A stretch of DNA of 50,102 nt from Octopus bimaculoides (taxonomy: Eukaryota), in the NCBI RefSeq assembly GCF_001194135.2, contig NC_068981.1, forward strand, positions 185,017,668 through 185,067,769. The letters run 5' to 3'. The position numbers and the translations under genes are program-made. This document shows positions 23,786 through 36,329 of the stretch, piece after piece. The notes beneath the pieces are model-generated. The model was not told where the DNA came from. It made no database searches and worked only from the letters and a program-made list of their open reading frames with translations. The stretch's first letter is position 1. Each line of letters starts with the position of its first letter.

Positions 23786-23875
23786 ATGATAATTCTCTGA
23801 AAATTTCCTCGTCATAATATTGGCCATTCCAAGAAATATTCGGACTTGTTTCATGAGTAAAATCGATTCTCTGTA

Positions 23876-23930
<55 letters not shown>

Positions 23931-24048
23931 ATACGCTCCCATTACATATTTTTCTATCTTCGATTGCATTGTTTACATAGACGTATTCGTATTCGAAAGG
24001 TTGTAACATTCGATAATGGCTCTAAATTCTATAGATCTGTAAAGTTAC

Positions 24049-24087
<39 letters not shown>

Positions 24088-24089
24088 CA

Positions 24090-24245
24090 TTTTCACACAG
24101 TTTCCGTCAAGCAAATTCACTGAAAAAGCATTGATCGGCCTGAGTCTATAGCAGACGTCTCTTGTCCAAGGAGCCGCACAATAGGCTTGATCTGGGAGCC
24201 ACGTGGCTGCAAAGCGAGCTTCCTAATCACATACCCATGCCTGCG
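24090..24245 (-). mobile_element. SINE family A, diverged
   Basis: cagtttccgtcaagcaaattcac...ttgtccaaggagccgc...ccacgtgg...cttcctaatcaca. Confidence 0.65.
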
Positions 24246-24455
24246 ATACACACAAACACACACACACATACGTACATACATACTTATATAGCTATAATAT
24301 AATATAATATAATATAATATAATATAATATAATATAATATAATATATATAATATAATATATATATATATAATATATATATNNNNNNNNNNNNNNNNNNNN
24401 NNNNNNNNNNNNNNNNNNNNNNNNNNNNNTGTATATATATATATATATATATATA

Positions 24456-24668
24456 AAGGCTATTTACCAACATAATGTGGCTGTCGCGAAAGGGACGATG
24501 TTACAGTTGTTTTAGCCCCAAGAAACATAATTTCTAGCAGGTTGTACGAAACACTGTCTGTGTCCTTGTATTTTCAAACAGGGAGTTCAGCATCCCCATC
24601 TAGCGCCGCCAGATGTGGATGCTGAACTCCCGGTTCGGGACAGCCACATTATGTTGGCAAATAGCCTT
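24456..24668. repeat. 35-bp inverted repeat enclosing a 15+5 bp hairpin
   Basis: 24456-24490 is the reverse complement of 24634-24668 with 2 mismatches. The inner arms gggagttcagcatcc (24581-24595) and ggatgctgaactccc (24617-24631) pair perfectly. Confidence 0.9.
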
Positions 24669-24842
24669 ATGTTAAAGAACTCTTACTGAATGTCTCTCTT
24701 TGAGAGATTTAGAAATAATAATATATATATTATCTAAATACCAAGTAAGAAGATGTAAACCGCAGTGATAAACACCAACTACGACCAATTTGTAGTAGTA
24801 GAAATACTTATGATACAGCTAACACGGTAACAACGCCAGTAA

Positions 24843-25235
24843 ATGGAGTCGGGACTGCTGAATCTCTGTATGAGTACAAATCTTGTATATAAATGTACCG
24901 TGCACACAAGGGAAGGGTCGTATTTTTACATTGGGCAGACGGCTGATTCATTTAAGAATCATTATCGTAACCATGTTGCCAACTTTAAGACAATTAATAA
25001 GAGACATTCAAAATCTTTGGCAGATTTTGTATGGCGACTGAAGGAGGATAAAATGAAGTATAGCATTAATTGGTCCATAGTAAGGTACGTGAAACCATAC
25101 AATATAATTTCCAGGAGATGCCGTCTCTGCTCCGAGGAATCCCTGTATATTCTGTAGACTAGCGAGAAGATCATTAGTAGAATTTTTGAACGACTCTCGA
25201 GATGCCTACACACATATAAATGTACTTTCGCGCAA
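24843..25235 (+). mobile_element. Penelope-like element GIY-YIG endonuclease remnant
   Basis: NLVYKCTV...YFYIGQTADSFKNHYRNH...SLADFVWRLK...INWSIV..VKPY....RRCRLCSEESLYIL has the VY/YIG, FK.RY..H, W.L, W.I and C..C..E pattern of PLE endonucleases. No RT lies upstream. Confidence 0.85.
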
Positions 25236-25696
25236 TGCAGTGAGAATGAATTAATATACTTTAAGGTATGGATGACTTAAGTTTACTTTTAACCTCCCCA
25301 TTCTTATAAACACGAAGTCGATAGCTAACTCGCTTTGTGATCATGAGTGTACCAAACCTCACGTGTGCGTATGCTCACATTTTTGCGGATGCTTGTATGA
25401 GCGAGTGTACTCGCGCTTTGCAGCTTGCCCGAGGGCGTTTATACATCCATATTTGTTAACGGTTATTTTTAATACTTTTCACGCTGTATTGCGTGTTCGT
25501 TTCTCCTGTTTCCCATATGTGATTTTATTTTTGATCTTCTATATAAATGAAGATATTTCCTCCGTCTGGCTGCTTTTCTTTCTATAAAACGGAAAGTTAC
25601 ATTACGGAACCGTCAATTTAACGAGTTGTATTTATTTATCATACAACGAGATACATCTGCACCACCGGATGCTCCTGAATCAGTTGTTGAGTGTCC

Positions 25697-25743
25697 CACC
25701 CCTGAGGAATCGCTGCTAGATGTTTCGAAACAATTGTCGTGAT
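25697..25743 (+). ncRNA. Minimal hammerhead-like motif (PLE pseudo-LTR type), partly degenerate
   Basis: CTGAGGA (25702-25708), ATC-gctgcta-GAT, gtttc, GAAA-CAATT-GTC (25727-25738). Helix III contains the palindrome ACAATTGT. It lies about 500 bp downstream of the PLE endonuclease. Confidence 0.45.
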
Positions 25744-25752
25744 TAATGATAA

Positions 25753-26081
25753 ATTCTCGTATATTCCATCTTTAGTCTTTCATTTGCCATATACCTAACG
25801 ATCACTGTGAAAGTGACCGTGCTTTACCAGTAAGCTAACAGGTGTAAACCATTCGTTTTATTACCCATTATATATATATGTGTGTATGTGTGTGTATATA
25901 AATATATATAAATATATATATGTTGTATTTATGTATGTATGTATATATATATATATATATATATTTATAATGGGTTATAAAACGAGTGGTTTACACCTGT
26001 TAGCTTACTGGTAAAGCACGGTCCCTTTCACAGTGATCGTTAGGTATATGGCAAATGAAAGACGGAAGATGGAATATACGA

Positions 26082-26085
<4 letters not shown>
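25753..26085. repeat. About 120-bp inverted repeat around a TA/TG-rich spacer
   Basis: 25753-25872 is the reverse complement of 25966-26085 with only a few mismatches. Confidence 0.92.
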
Positions 26086-26112
<27 letters not shown>

Positions 26113-27679
26113 NNNNNNNNNNNNNNNNNNNNNNNNNNNNNNNNNNNNNNNNNNNNNNNNNNNNNNNNNNNNNNNNNNNNNNNNNNNNNNNNNNNNNNNN
26201 NNNNNNNNNNNNNNNNNNNNNNNNNNNNNNNNNNNNNNNNNNNNNNNNNNNNNNNNNNNNNNNNNNNNNNNNNNNNNNNNNNNNNNNNNNNNNNNNNNNN
26301 NNNNNNNNNNNNNNNNNNNNNNNNNNNNNNNNNNNNNNNNNNNNNNNNNNNNNNNNNNNNNNNNNNNNNNNNNNNNNNNNNNNNNNNNNNNNNNNNNNNN
26401 NNNNNNNNNNNNNNNNNNNNNNNNNNNNNNNNNNNNNNNNNNNNNNNNNNNNNNNNNNNNNNNNNNNNNNNNNNNNNNNNNNNNNNNNNNNNNNNNNNNN
26501 NNNNNNNNNNNNNNNNNNNNNNNNNNNNNNNNNNNNNNNNNNNNNNNNNNNNNNNNNNNNNNNNNNNNNNNNNNNNNNNNNNNNNNNNNNNNNNNNNNNN
26601 NNNNNNNNNNNNNNNNNNNNNNNNNNNNNNNNNNNNNNNNNNNNNNNNNNNNNNNNNNNNNNNNNNNNNNNNNNNNNNNNNNNNNNNNNNNNNNNNNNNN
26701 NNNNNNNNNNNNNNNNNNNNNNNNNNNNNNNNNNNNNNNNNNNNNNNNNNNNNNNNNNNNNNNNNNNNNTTAGTTGTTTTAAGCTTACACTTTCTTTCCC
26801 CGTCCCTCCCTCCCACCTCATCTCTCCGTCCCCCACTCTCCCATATCTTCCTCCCTCACCCTCTCTAAATATCTATACATTTAAATTTGACATGGCCGAT
26901 TCTTTCTTGTATATATTTCTTGTCTTGGGATTCACGGTCAAACGGCTGGGTGGACTTGTGCGAAAAATTACACAGATGTGTAGAATGATCCGGTGGTGTT
27001 GCTGGGCTTTGTATTTTTGTCATAGCTCCCATGGTTACCGAGATAATCTACTATAATAATAATACTGTTGTGTTTATGAATGAAAAAGGAAGGGGTGATA
27101 GATAAATAAGGAAGGAAGGGGTGATGTCATACTTGGTAGTGGGATGATGATAACTGAACGCTAAAAAAATAAATAAAACAGCGTTTCAACTATGTGAATA
27201 TATGTGTATGTAAAAGGGGGTATGTGAATGTGTGTGTGTGTGCGTGTACGCACGGAATGGAAGTGGGATGGCTAACATTGAAGGCTGAAAAGAAAAATCA
27301 AACAGCGTTTCAACTTTTTACTTACCAGCTCTTGTATTTAGTCAAGTTATGAGAAAGACGTTCTTGTCCCAAAGAAGATGAGGACAAATATCCGTCGAAT
27401 TTAAATAATGTTAATAATGTAAATAATGTAGAAACTGTTGTTTTGGTATTGTTGTTAAAATCCCCGTATTATGCCACCTAGATTAAAAACAAATATATAT
27501 TTCGAAATAAGTTTGAAATTTAAAATTGGTTGTAAACTTGGTGGGGTTGTAGTAAAATAAAAAATAAAAAAAATTGAATATTCGTAATCTGTGACATATT
27601 AAAACCTAGGAAACCAAAGAAATGTTTTCAAAAAAAAAAAAAAAAATGTATTTTTGAAGATGACGCGCGAAACTGCATT

Positions 27680-27957
27680 AGCCCCGGGTGGACCCCATAA
27701 CCGTTCGATGTTTAAAAAATCCTATTATAGTTTTATAATTAAATATTATTAGAAATTGTATAGAAATTGTATTTTTTGTATTGTGGACGAATAACCAATT
27801 TATTGCACACAAACTTTATTGGTCTGAAGCACAATTTTTTTCATGGACCTGAAAATTCACCGTGCACCCCTCAATTTGCTCTATTGCATCCGTGGACTGC
27901 ACAAGATCTTATATGGACACCCCGGTCCATATTTACCTTGGTTGAGTATCCCTGGAC
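27680..27957. mobile_element. Possible hAT-type MITE remnant
   Basis: Several tggac(c)ccc-like motifs, ending in ggttgagtatccctg, which resembles the reverse complement of Charlie-type CAGGGGTTCTCAACC. No left TIR was found. Confidence 0.3.
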
Positions 27958-28850
27958 TAAAAACAAAAGGAAAATACTTTCGAAGCAGTGCTTCCGCATG
28001 GCCGTAGCCCATTGATTGAAAGAAGTAAATAGATAAAGGTTAAAAGACTAAACTCTTTCTTTCATTTTGGTTTGAGAATCCCCCTCTGATTTGGTTATAG
28101 AGCCAGCGTGGTTAACGTTTTTTAAATACAATTTTATTAGAATATGTTAAATATTTGAAAGGGTTATTATTTTTTTTATTACGTGCGAAGACACCGTTTT
28201 TGCAGTAAAAACTAAATCAATCGGAGAATAAATAAATCTAACCTTCAGTGTTTTGTGTTTACACTTAATTCAAATCAATAAATATGATAAATAAAAATAT
28301 AATAGTTTGATTATATTATGTGGTAACACCTTTTCAAAAAAGCACACACACACATGTACATACACGTGTGTATTTATGCATATATATACACAAATATACG
28401 TATGTATGTATATCTAATTGTTTTCAGATATGACTAAACAGACCTTTATATAAGTTCTAAGGTTTCGCTTAAATTTACAGGAGTTATTGTACAAGAGTGT
28501 TTACAGTACACACACACGCACACACACACACACAGACACAGACACAGACACACACGCACGCACGCACACACACACTTACACACACACATACACACACACA
28601 CACATATATATATATATACACACATACAATATATATGCATATATGTCTATGTGTATGTGAGTGTTTATATATTTATATATATGTATATATATATAGATAT
28701 ATAAATATATTTATATATATATTCATGTTTTTATATGTATTGTTTTTAGTAATACCTCTCATAAACTCTATGGTTTCGTATAAAGCTTAATATTGTTGTA
28801 CTCGAGAGTATATAGCATATATTCAAATATGTATGTGTGTGTATACGTGT

Positions 28851-28881
<31 letters not shown>

Positions 28882-29027
28882 TTAATAAAAATATACATAT
28901 ACTCAAATTTGGGGTTCTATTTTTCGTGTTTGCACCAACATATCCTGTATGTATGTGTGTGTGTGTGTGTGTGTGTGTAATTATTTTTAGATACGACTTA
29001 ACAACTCGTTATATAAATTCTAGCGTT

Positions 29028-29272
29028 GTGAACCCTTTTTTTTTATATCAACACGGCTGAAACCGCCTCTGGCTCTGTAGTAAAAATGTCTTGTTTTCAA
29101 AATGTAGTACAAATGTCTTGATTTCTGAATTAAAATCTTCCATCAAACCTTAATCGCAGTTTATGTTCTTAACACTAGCTTAATGATAACTAAGTCATTT
29201 TACTAAATTCTGTTATATTCAAAATTAATTCAAAGAAACAGAGCATCTCAACAGAAACATGGTAGCAAAATA
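29028..29272. mobile_element. Possible MITE remnant (piggyBac-like, TTAA/CCC-type ends decayed)
   Basis: aacccttt...cggctgaaaccgcctctggctctgtagta...catctcaacagaaacatggtagcaaaa resembles a repeat I recall from octopus genomes. It contains a 27-nt tandem duplication (29076, 29103). The TIRs are not clean. Confidence 0.3.
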
Positions 29273-30047
29273 TTGTTGTACGCGTGCGTATGCAGTATCT
29301 CTGTGATAATCTGTTGAATTTACTCTCGGTTATCTTAACAATGATTGCGTCAACACGGAGAAAACCGGGTGGTTGTTGTTATTGTAATAGTTGTGGTGGT
29401 GACGGCAGTAAGAGTCACTAAACTGACAAATGGGTATCCTCATGAAGAGGCGAACAAAAAGACTATAGAAAACAACATTGTATATATATACACACTTATG
29501 TTTCTCTGGTTTATTATCTCTGCAATATGAGACTTTGAGAAGGAGGAAATATTTAATGTGAAACATAGGCCGTGTTGTTGAAATTGTAAAGGCTCTTGTA
29601 GATCTGAAAAGCATTAATGACATAAGCGAAACATTTACAGCTTAGATCAAAACCTTGATTGCGAAGCTGGTTCAAGGAGGTCTTAATGCTACATCAAAAT
29701 ACCTGTTTCTTCCTTTCAAACAATTATTTCAAACATGAATGAATTTTAGTGGTTTTTAGTGAATGAGAAATAAGATGTGTTCGGCTTTTAAACAGTAAAT
29801 TAGTGAGAATCTCAACCGGATTATGGTTCAATTGACAGCGCGATCCCTCGACACTGTAACTATATCGAGATAATCTCAATGAGACTCCATTCTTACTTCT
29901 GAAGACAATTTGGAAGCGCTTATGCACATACATGTACGTACCTCACACAGATACACAGATTCGCACATTGATGTGTACGTACATACATACATACAGGCAC
30001 ACACACATATATATATACAAATATAAATGTAAAGATATATATATGTG

Positions 30048-30084
<37 letters not shown>

Positions 30085-31623
30085 NNNNNNNNNNNNNNNN
30101 NNNNNNNNNNNNNNNNNNNNNNNNNNNNNNNNNNNNNNNNNNNNNNNNNNNNNNNNNNNNNNNNNNNNNNNNNNNNNNNNNNNNNNNNNNNNNNNNNNNN
30201 NNNNNNNNNNNNNNNNNNNNNNNNNNNNNNNNNNNNNNNNNNNNNNNNNNNNNNNNNNNNNNNNNNNATATATATATATATAAATGGCAATTTTAGCTGC
30301 ATATTTCATGTAAATGTGTGGTTCGTTATATTACATTTACATATTCAGTATATAAAGGGCACCGATTAATATCTGATAAAAAGAATGTGAAGTTTTCAAT
30401 TACATAACATACAATCTGTGATTTAAAATAAACCTAAGATGGTAACCATCTTAGTGAGTGCTTACACTTATTCTCATCAATTCTGTTTGCTCTGAACCAT
30501 CTGATACATCCTTTCGGATGGAACTCACATTTGTACGTATTTCCACTTATGTAAACTTGGCTAATTTTCTCTATTTTCAATTCTGAACATAATGGAAAAA
30601 TAAAAAGCAAAAGTATGAAACGCATTTCCTCACAGAGCACATAGTGCTCTTACGTCTACATATCTGGAATGACCTAGCACATGTTTTAGTGACATGCTAA
30701 AAGAAACTCGATTTAAGACAGCATGCTTATAAATTTATATCAGTTAGGTTAAACCACACTCTTTAAACGAAAACGAGGAAAGTTAAAACCTTAAACTAAT
30801 TGAAGACGGAAGAATATTTACCTACAGATATATACGCAATTAGAACGTATATTAAGAGAAATCCTGTGAGAAGCATATCAACGGTAAAATGAATCAATTT
30901 TGTCGAGCATTTAAGAAATATCATGCAGTGTTCTTTACACAAGAATCTGTGCATTAAGTTGTTATGTTTAACATGTTTATACCCTTAAAGCACAAACTTA
31001 ATCTTAGACACGTAGCAAGGAGACAAATGTATGTAGCAGTTGCTGTATTGCTTTAAATATTTTCTTTCTACGCTTCGTATGTAAAATGTGTGCGTAAATA
31101 AAACTTACAAGGAAGTCTGTATGTAATGGTGCAATCTGATGGATTTAGCGTTAAATCTGCCTAAAATCACACCCTACCGTTTTATATTAAGAAAGGTGCC
31201 ATTGAGTAGGGCAATGCTAAATATCTATAAACAGACACGATGGCCACAGTTAGAATACCTTTAATTACCGGCCAGTTCAATCGGAGCTGATGAGGAGCTA
31301 AATGATAAATGTAAATTATTCTTTGAAATAAACCTCAGAACTGACCTCATTAACATCATCGCTTGTTACGCCATGTTCATTTTAAATCAGTGTGGAACCC
31401 ATACGTAGTCATTCGAACTGCTCTAAATAGAAGCTAAATCTGCCTCAAAGAGAATTTTCTATCTGAAAAATAAAAAAGGGCAAATTAGACAGAGTATTCC
31501 AAGAGTGCACAATACTTTGAATAAAATGCTTAAATTACAGTGGAAATTCCTATAATCAAAGGGCTGCGGGATCAGGGCTGGCTAATCTGGTGTAAAAAAA
31601 AAGTAATAATAACATTAATATTT

Positions 31624-31835
31624 TTTTCTACTCTAGGCACAAGGCCCGAAATTTTTGGGGTGGGGCCAGTCGATTAGATCGACCCAGTACGCAACTGGTA
31701 CTTGATTTATCGACCCCGAAAGGATGAAAGGCAAAGTCGACCACGGCGGAATTTTGAACTCAGAACATAAAGACAGACGAAATACCGCTAAGCATTTCGC
31801 CCGACGGGCTAACGATTTTGCCAGCACACTGCCTT
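31624..31835 (-). mobile_element. SINE family C, young full-length copy (tail C1)
   Basis: Near reverse complement of the 13543-13759 copy. Confidence 0.92.
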
Positions 31836-31964
31836 ATTATAACACTAATATTAAAAGTAAGACTAAGTGAGATGATAATCTTGTGCTCCTGTTTCCTCGT
31901 GTGTAGTGACAACCCCATGTCACTGGGTGAGGAAGATTGAAGTGTACGTGGTTGAATATTCAAA

Positions 31965-32344
31965 TGATGTGGCACTCCGTCGGTTCCGACGACCAGGGTT
32001 CCGGATGATCCAATCAACGGAACAGCCTGCTCGTGTAGTTAACGTGCAAGTGGCTGAGCACTCCACAGACACGTGTACCCTTAACGTAGTTCTCAGGGAG
32101 ATTCAGCGTGACACAGAGTGTGACAAGGCTGGCCCTTTGAAATACAGGTACAACAGAAACAGGAAGAAAGAGTGAGAGAAAGTTGTGGTGAGAGAGTACA
32201 GCAGGGTTCGCCACCTCCCCCCTGTCGGAGCCTCATGGAGCTTTTGGTGTTTTCGCTCAATGAACACTCACAACGCCCGGTCTGGGAATCGAAACCGCGA
32301 TCCTACGACCGCGCATCCGCTGCCCTAACCACTGGGCCATTGCG
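31965..32344 (-). mobile_element. SINE family B, full length
   Basis: ggcactccgtcggttccgacgaccagggttcc...ccactgggccattgcg. Confidence 0.92.
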
Positions 32345-32391
32345 TACGTTTTAAATTAAAGGTTCAATCCATCAGACACACTCCTAAAAAT

Positions 32392-32535
32392 TACAGTTTC
32401 TGTCTTATACAATATCACTCACAAAATATGGGTCGTTTCGAGGGTATAGAACCGAGTACATCTCAAGGTACCGTGCAGTGAGACCGAACTCGGGACTTCA
32501 TTGTTGCAGAACGAACTTAATCATTCAGCAATACT
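32392..32535 (-). mobile_element. SINE family A, old copy
   Basis: acagtttctgtc...cactcacaaaa...caaggtaccgtgcagtgagaccgaactc. Confidence 0.5.
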
Positions 32536-33644
32536 CACCATGTATCATAAAAGGTATTCAATAGTATTATAAAACATGTCATAAAAAATAGGGTATTGAT
32601 TACCCCGAAATGGGAATATTTCTATGGCTGAATATTGAAGTCTTTGACATAACAGATTACAACTGTTTTCTTATTTTATAAGGTACTATGATTAACTTTG
32701 CCAGCAATAACAAACAATTCTACAGTCTTTTGATAAATTTATTATTCAGTCCGAAATATATCTGAGACTTATGAAGTCAGATGAGAACAATAAATTGGAC
32801 TTATGTCAATTAAGTATGGGTGATACAGCAGCCATTTATACAAAATATTGTGGCTTAAGATTACCAAATACAAGCCTGGAAAGAACATTACATAGAATTC
32901 AGGAGCAAATCTTTTTTTATTGCATCAGATATGTAGCAGAACACGATGAAACAACACTCTAAACTTTCGATTAGTGGCTTTATCAGATCTTTTATGCAAA
33001 TATAAAAACAAATGTCAGTCCTAAAAGAGAAAAATAAAAATGTTGTAATTTCTTATCTCATGTGCGCAGACAAGCTGTATCGGTGCAGATCAACGGCCAT
33101 TCGCTTCGATAAATATCGGTAGCATGATGAGGAGTAATTTCAATGCCGGAGCAATATTCGCTGATACATGGTTAAATTGGATCGAGGGACAACCTAGAAT
33201 GTTGCACAAGCACTCAAGTTGCGAGTGCGTTGCTTCTTATAGCAGAAACGGCTGTATGCTAATGAGTGTGTTTGTGTAAGTGTTATTGTTTTGTCATCCA
33301 TTAATTGACATTATGGTTAGTACTCATCTTAAGCTTTTAATTATGACATAATACGTCACGTGTTTGTATATTGTTTTTATTGTCCTCTTAGTTAAAAAAT
33401 AAACAGGTAAATTAACATAATACAATGTCTGCAAGTTGATGAATACCACATATTCCCCCCCCCNNNNNNNNNNCCCCATTTTCTTATTGCTATATAAATT
33501 GAGGGTAAAATATCCTTTTACCCGTATCCATTTATTGCACATGGTAAAAACACTACTGTAATAATAACTGGGTATCTTCCCAGCAGTATATTGGATAGAT
33601 ACTATCCCTTAGTGGGTTGGATTCACAACCCCTAACTTTCTTGG

Positions 33645-33687
<43 letters not shown>

Positions 33688-35394
33688 NNNNNNNNNNNNN
33701 NNNNNNNNNNNNNNNNNNNNNNNNNNNNNNNNNNNNNNNNNNNNNNNNNNNNNNNNNNNNNNNNNNNNNNNNNNNNNNNNNNNNNNNNNNNNNNNNNNNN
33801 NNNNNNNNNNNNNNNNNNNNNNNNNNNNNNNNNNNNNNNNNNNNNNNNNNNNNNNNNNNNNNNNNNNNNNNNNNNNNNNNNNNNNNNNNNNNNNNNNNNN
33901 NNNNNNNNNNNNNNNNNNNNNNNNNNNNNNNNNNNNNNNNNNNNNNNNNNNNNNNNNNNNNNNNNNNNNNNNNNNNNNNNNNNNNNNNNNNNNNNNNNNN
34001 NNNNNNNNNNNNNNNNNNNNNNNNNNNNNNNNNNNNNNNNNNNNNNNNNNNNNNNNNNNNNNNNNNNNNNNNNNNNNNNNNNNNNNNNNNNNNNNNNNNN
34101 NNNNNNNNNNNNNNNNNNNNNNNNATATATATATATATATACATTTAAATCGTCGTATTTAAACCTGCACGTCGTCTAACACTGGAAGACCAGTTTATTT
34201 ATTATAAGTGTAAAAAATAATCAGCAATCTCAACTGTTAAAAATAGTTCTGTAGTTGAAAAGGTTCTAATGAATAAAATACTCTCCTTAACCCAATGTAT
34301 TGAGTCTGTTTACAACAGAGTATTGCCTGACACTCTCTCCAGGCCATTTACCTCAAGTCCCTGAAGCCGAGACCGAAGATAGGTCGGATGAAAATTCGTA
34401 CCTTTGGATACGCTGCTGTTGTACTTATATAAATAGAGCTATTCACACGATAATAATGTTAAAATCATTTTGGAAGCAGAGAAAGGAGACGTTATCAATC
34501 TATCGGTATATTACAATTGTTGCAGACGATCCTGTCAAGTGAAAAAGAACAAGAAGATTGCTTGCCTATTTGTATCACCATGTCCGAATAATAAACAAAG
34601 GCTGCTTCTTTTTGCTATATTTTACGTTGTTAATTACTAGGTTTTGTTTTACTCATCCATTATTTAAGCTTTTTGAAAGTTCTTTTAAATGCTCTTTCTT
34701 TGTCTTGTACGGTATAGTATTGGATGTTCTATAATTGTCTTATATTGTTAATGTTAATTACTATCGGTAGGTTTATGTGAGATCACGAGAGTCCCGTGGA
34801 CATGCGTGCTCTTTACATATTGTAAACATGTGAATGAAATGATTTCGTTCGCAGACAATTTCTGAATTATGAAATGTTTCTATGCTTAGATAGGGACTTG
34901 TTGGAATTGCGGGATACAGCATACAATAAGTACAGACACAACAACAACAAGAACAGCAACAGCAACTGTTAAAACAACAACATCAGTCAAAACAACAACA
35001 ATCACAACAACTAGAACACCAACTGGTTAAAAGCTTAGCAGCTTTGTTCAGTGATTGGTCACGAAATGGAATAGATAATTACAATTCCCGAACAGTTGCG
35101 TAATTGATTAATTGTTTGTACGAATCCTAACGAGAGAATCACAATACAAGGTTCGACTGCATTATAGAATCTCTCCTTCAAAACGTCTCACATCACGGAT
35201 GTATTTACCAGAAAGAAAAAAATGAAGAAAACAGCTTAATAGACGTAAACATATTTCTAGAAAACAACTCGGGATGTGTGGCATCAGCCGAAAATCTCAA
35301 AGAAAGCTAAAAATCATGGTGTCAAATTCCTACCTTCGAATTTAAAATAATATATATTTTGTTATTGTTTAACCCTAGTCTAAGCTTGATCAAG

Positions 35395-35762
35395 CTGTAG
35401 TTGGCACTCCGTCGCTTACGACGTCGAGGGTTCCAGTTAATCCGATCAACGGAACAGCCTGCTCGTGAAATTAACGTGCAAGTGGCTGAGCACTCCACAG
35501 ACACGTGTACCCTTAACGTAGTTCTCGGGGATATTCAGCGTGACACAGTGTGACAAGGCTGACCCTTTGAATTACAGGCACAACAGAAACAGGAAGTAAG
35601 AGTGAGAGAAAGTTGTGGTGGAAGAGTACAACAAGGTTCGCCACCATCCCCTGCCGGAGCCTCGTGGAACTTTAGGTGTTTTCGCTCAATAAACACTCAC
35701 AACGGTCTGGGAATCGAAACCGCGAGTCTGCTGCCCTAACCACTGGGCCATTGCGCCTTCAC
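35395..35762 (-). mobile_element. SINE family B with 10-bp target site duplication
   Basis: CTTGATCAAG occurs at 35385-35394 and 35763-35772. There is a 14-nt deletion in the tRNA-like head. Confidence 0.93.
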
Positions 35763-36129
35763 CTTGATCAAGTATATCTTTGATAATTAGCATTATCACA
35801 TTGACCATTTCGTCTATTTTCCAGATATTGTTTAAACTCAGGTCAATGATAATTGTGCAGGCAAATGATCGAATACTTCCCAGCAATGACCAGTCTCTTC
35901 TATGTTTCAGGAACAATGCATCAAGGTCAACACTATATAAACATATTCTTCCTTTTGTAAGATGGTGGAATGTGTTTTCATGTAGATATGGTTGCTATTT
36001 CTAGTATTCTGTGCGACTACGTAGTGAAACCTTTTTTATTCGCAAGTATGGACGGAATAAAGTTAAATACATATACTAATTCAGCACCAAATTTAGTAAT
36101 GTTTCTCATTTAAGCACAAAGCCTGCAGT

Positions 36130-36270
36130 ATTGAGGGTCCTTGATTTAATCGAACTAGATAGGAGAAAAGACAAAGTTGACCTCGGTGGAAGAAGGAAAG
36201 CCCACATCGTAGGAGTGACGCTATTGAATCCCTCAAAGTATTTTGTCCGACGCGCCAATGCATCTGCCAG
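36130..36270 (-). mobile_element. SINE family C, old copy
   Basis: aaagacaaagttgacctcggtgga...attttgtccgacgcgccaatgcatctgccag. Confidence 0.5.
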
Positions 36271-36329
36271 TCATAACGCTATGTTTCAGAGATATACTGG
36301 AAATGCGATATCACATTATAAAGGTTTTT

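Noticed and set aside
31280-31310. Hammerhead at gctgatgaggagc
   Set aside because: There is no downstream GAAA or helix, and it lies in an old dispersed repeat that I could not classify (related pieces near 3760-3960, 6230-6360, 8940, 18530 and 45090).
32750-32962. Possible plus-strand exon or ORF (SEIYLRLMKSDENNKLDLCQL)
   Set aside because: It has an acceptor and a GTATGG donor, but such signals are common in AT-rich DNA and the peptide is unrecognised.
33070-33280. Open frame of about 70 codons after a CAG; also splice-like signals at 34340-34400
   Set aside because: There is no recognisable domain and no consistent exon chain.
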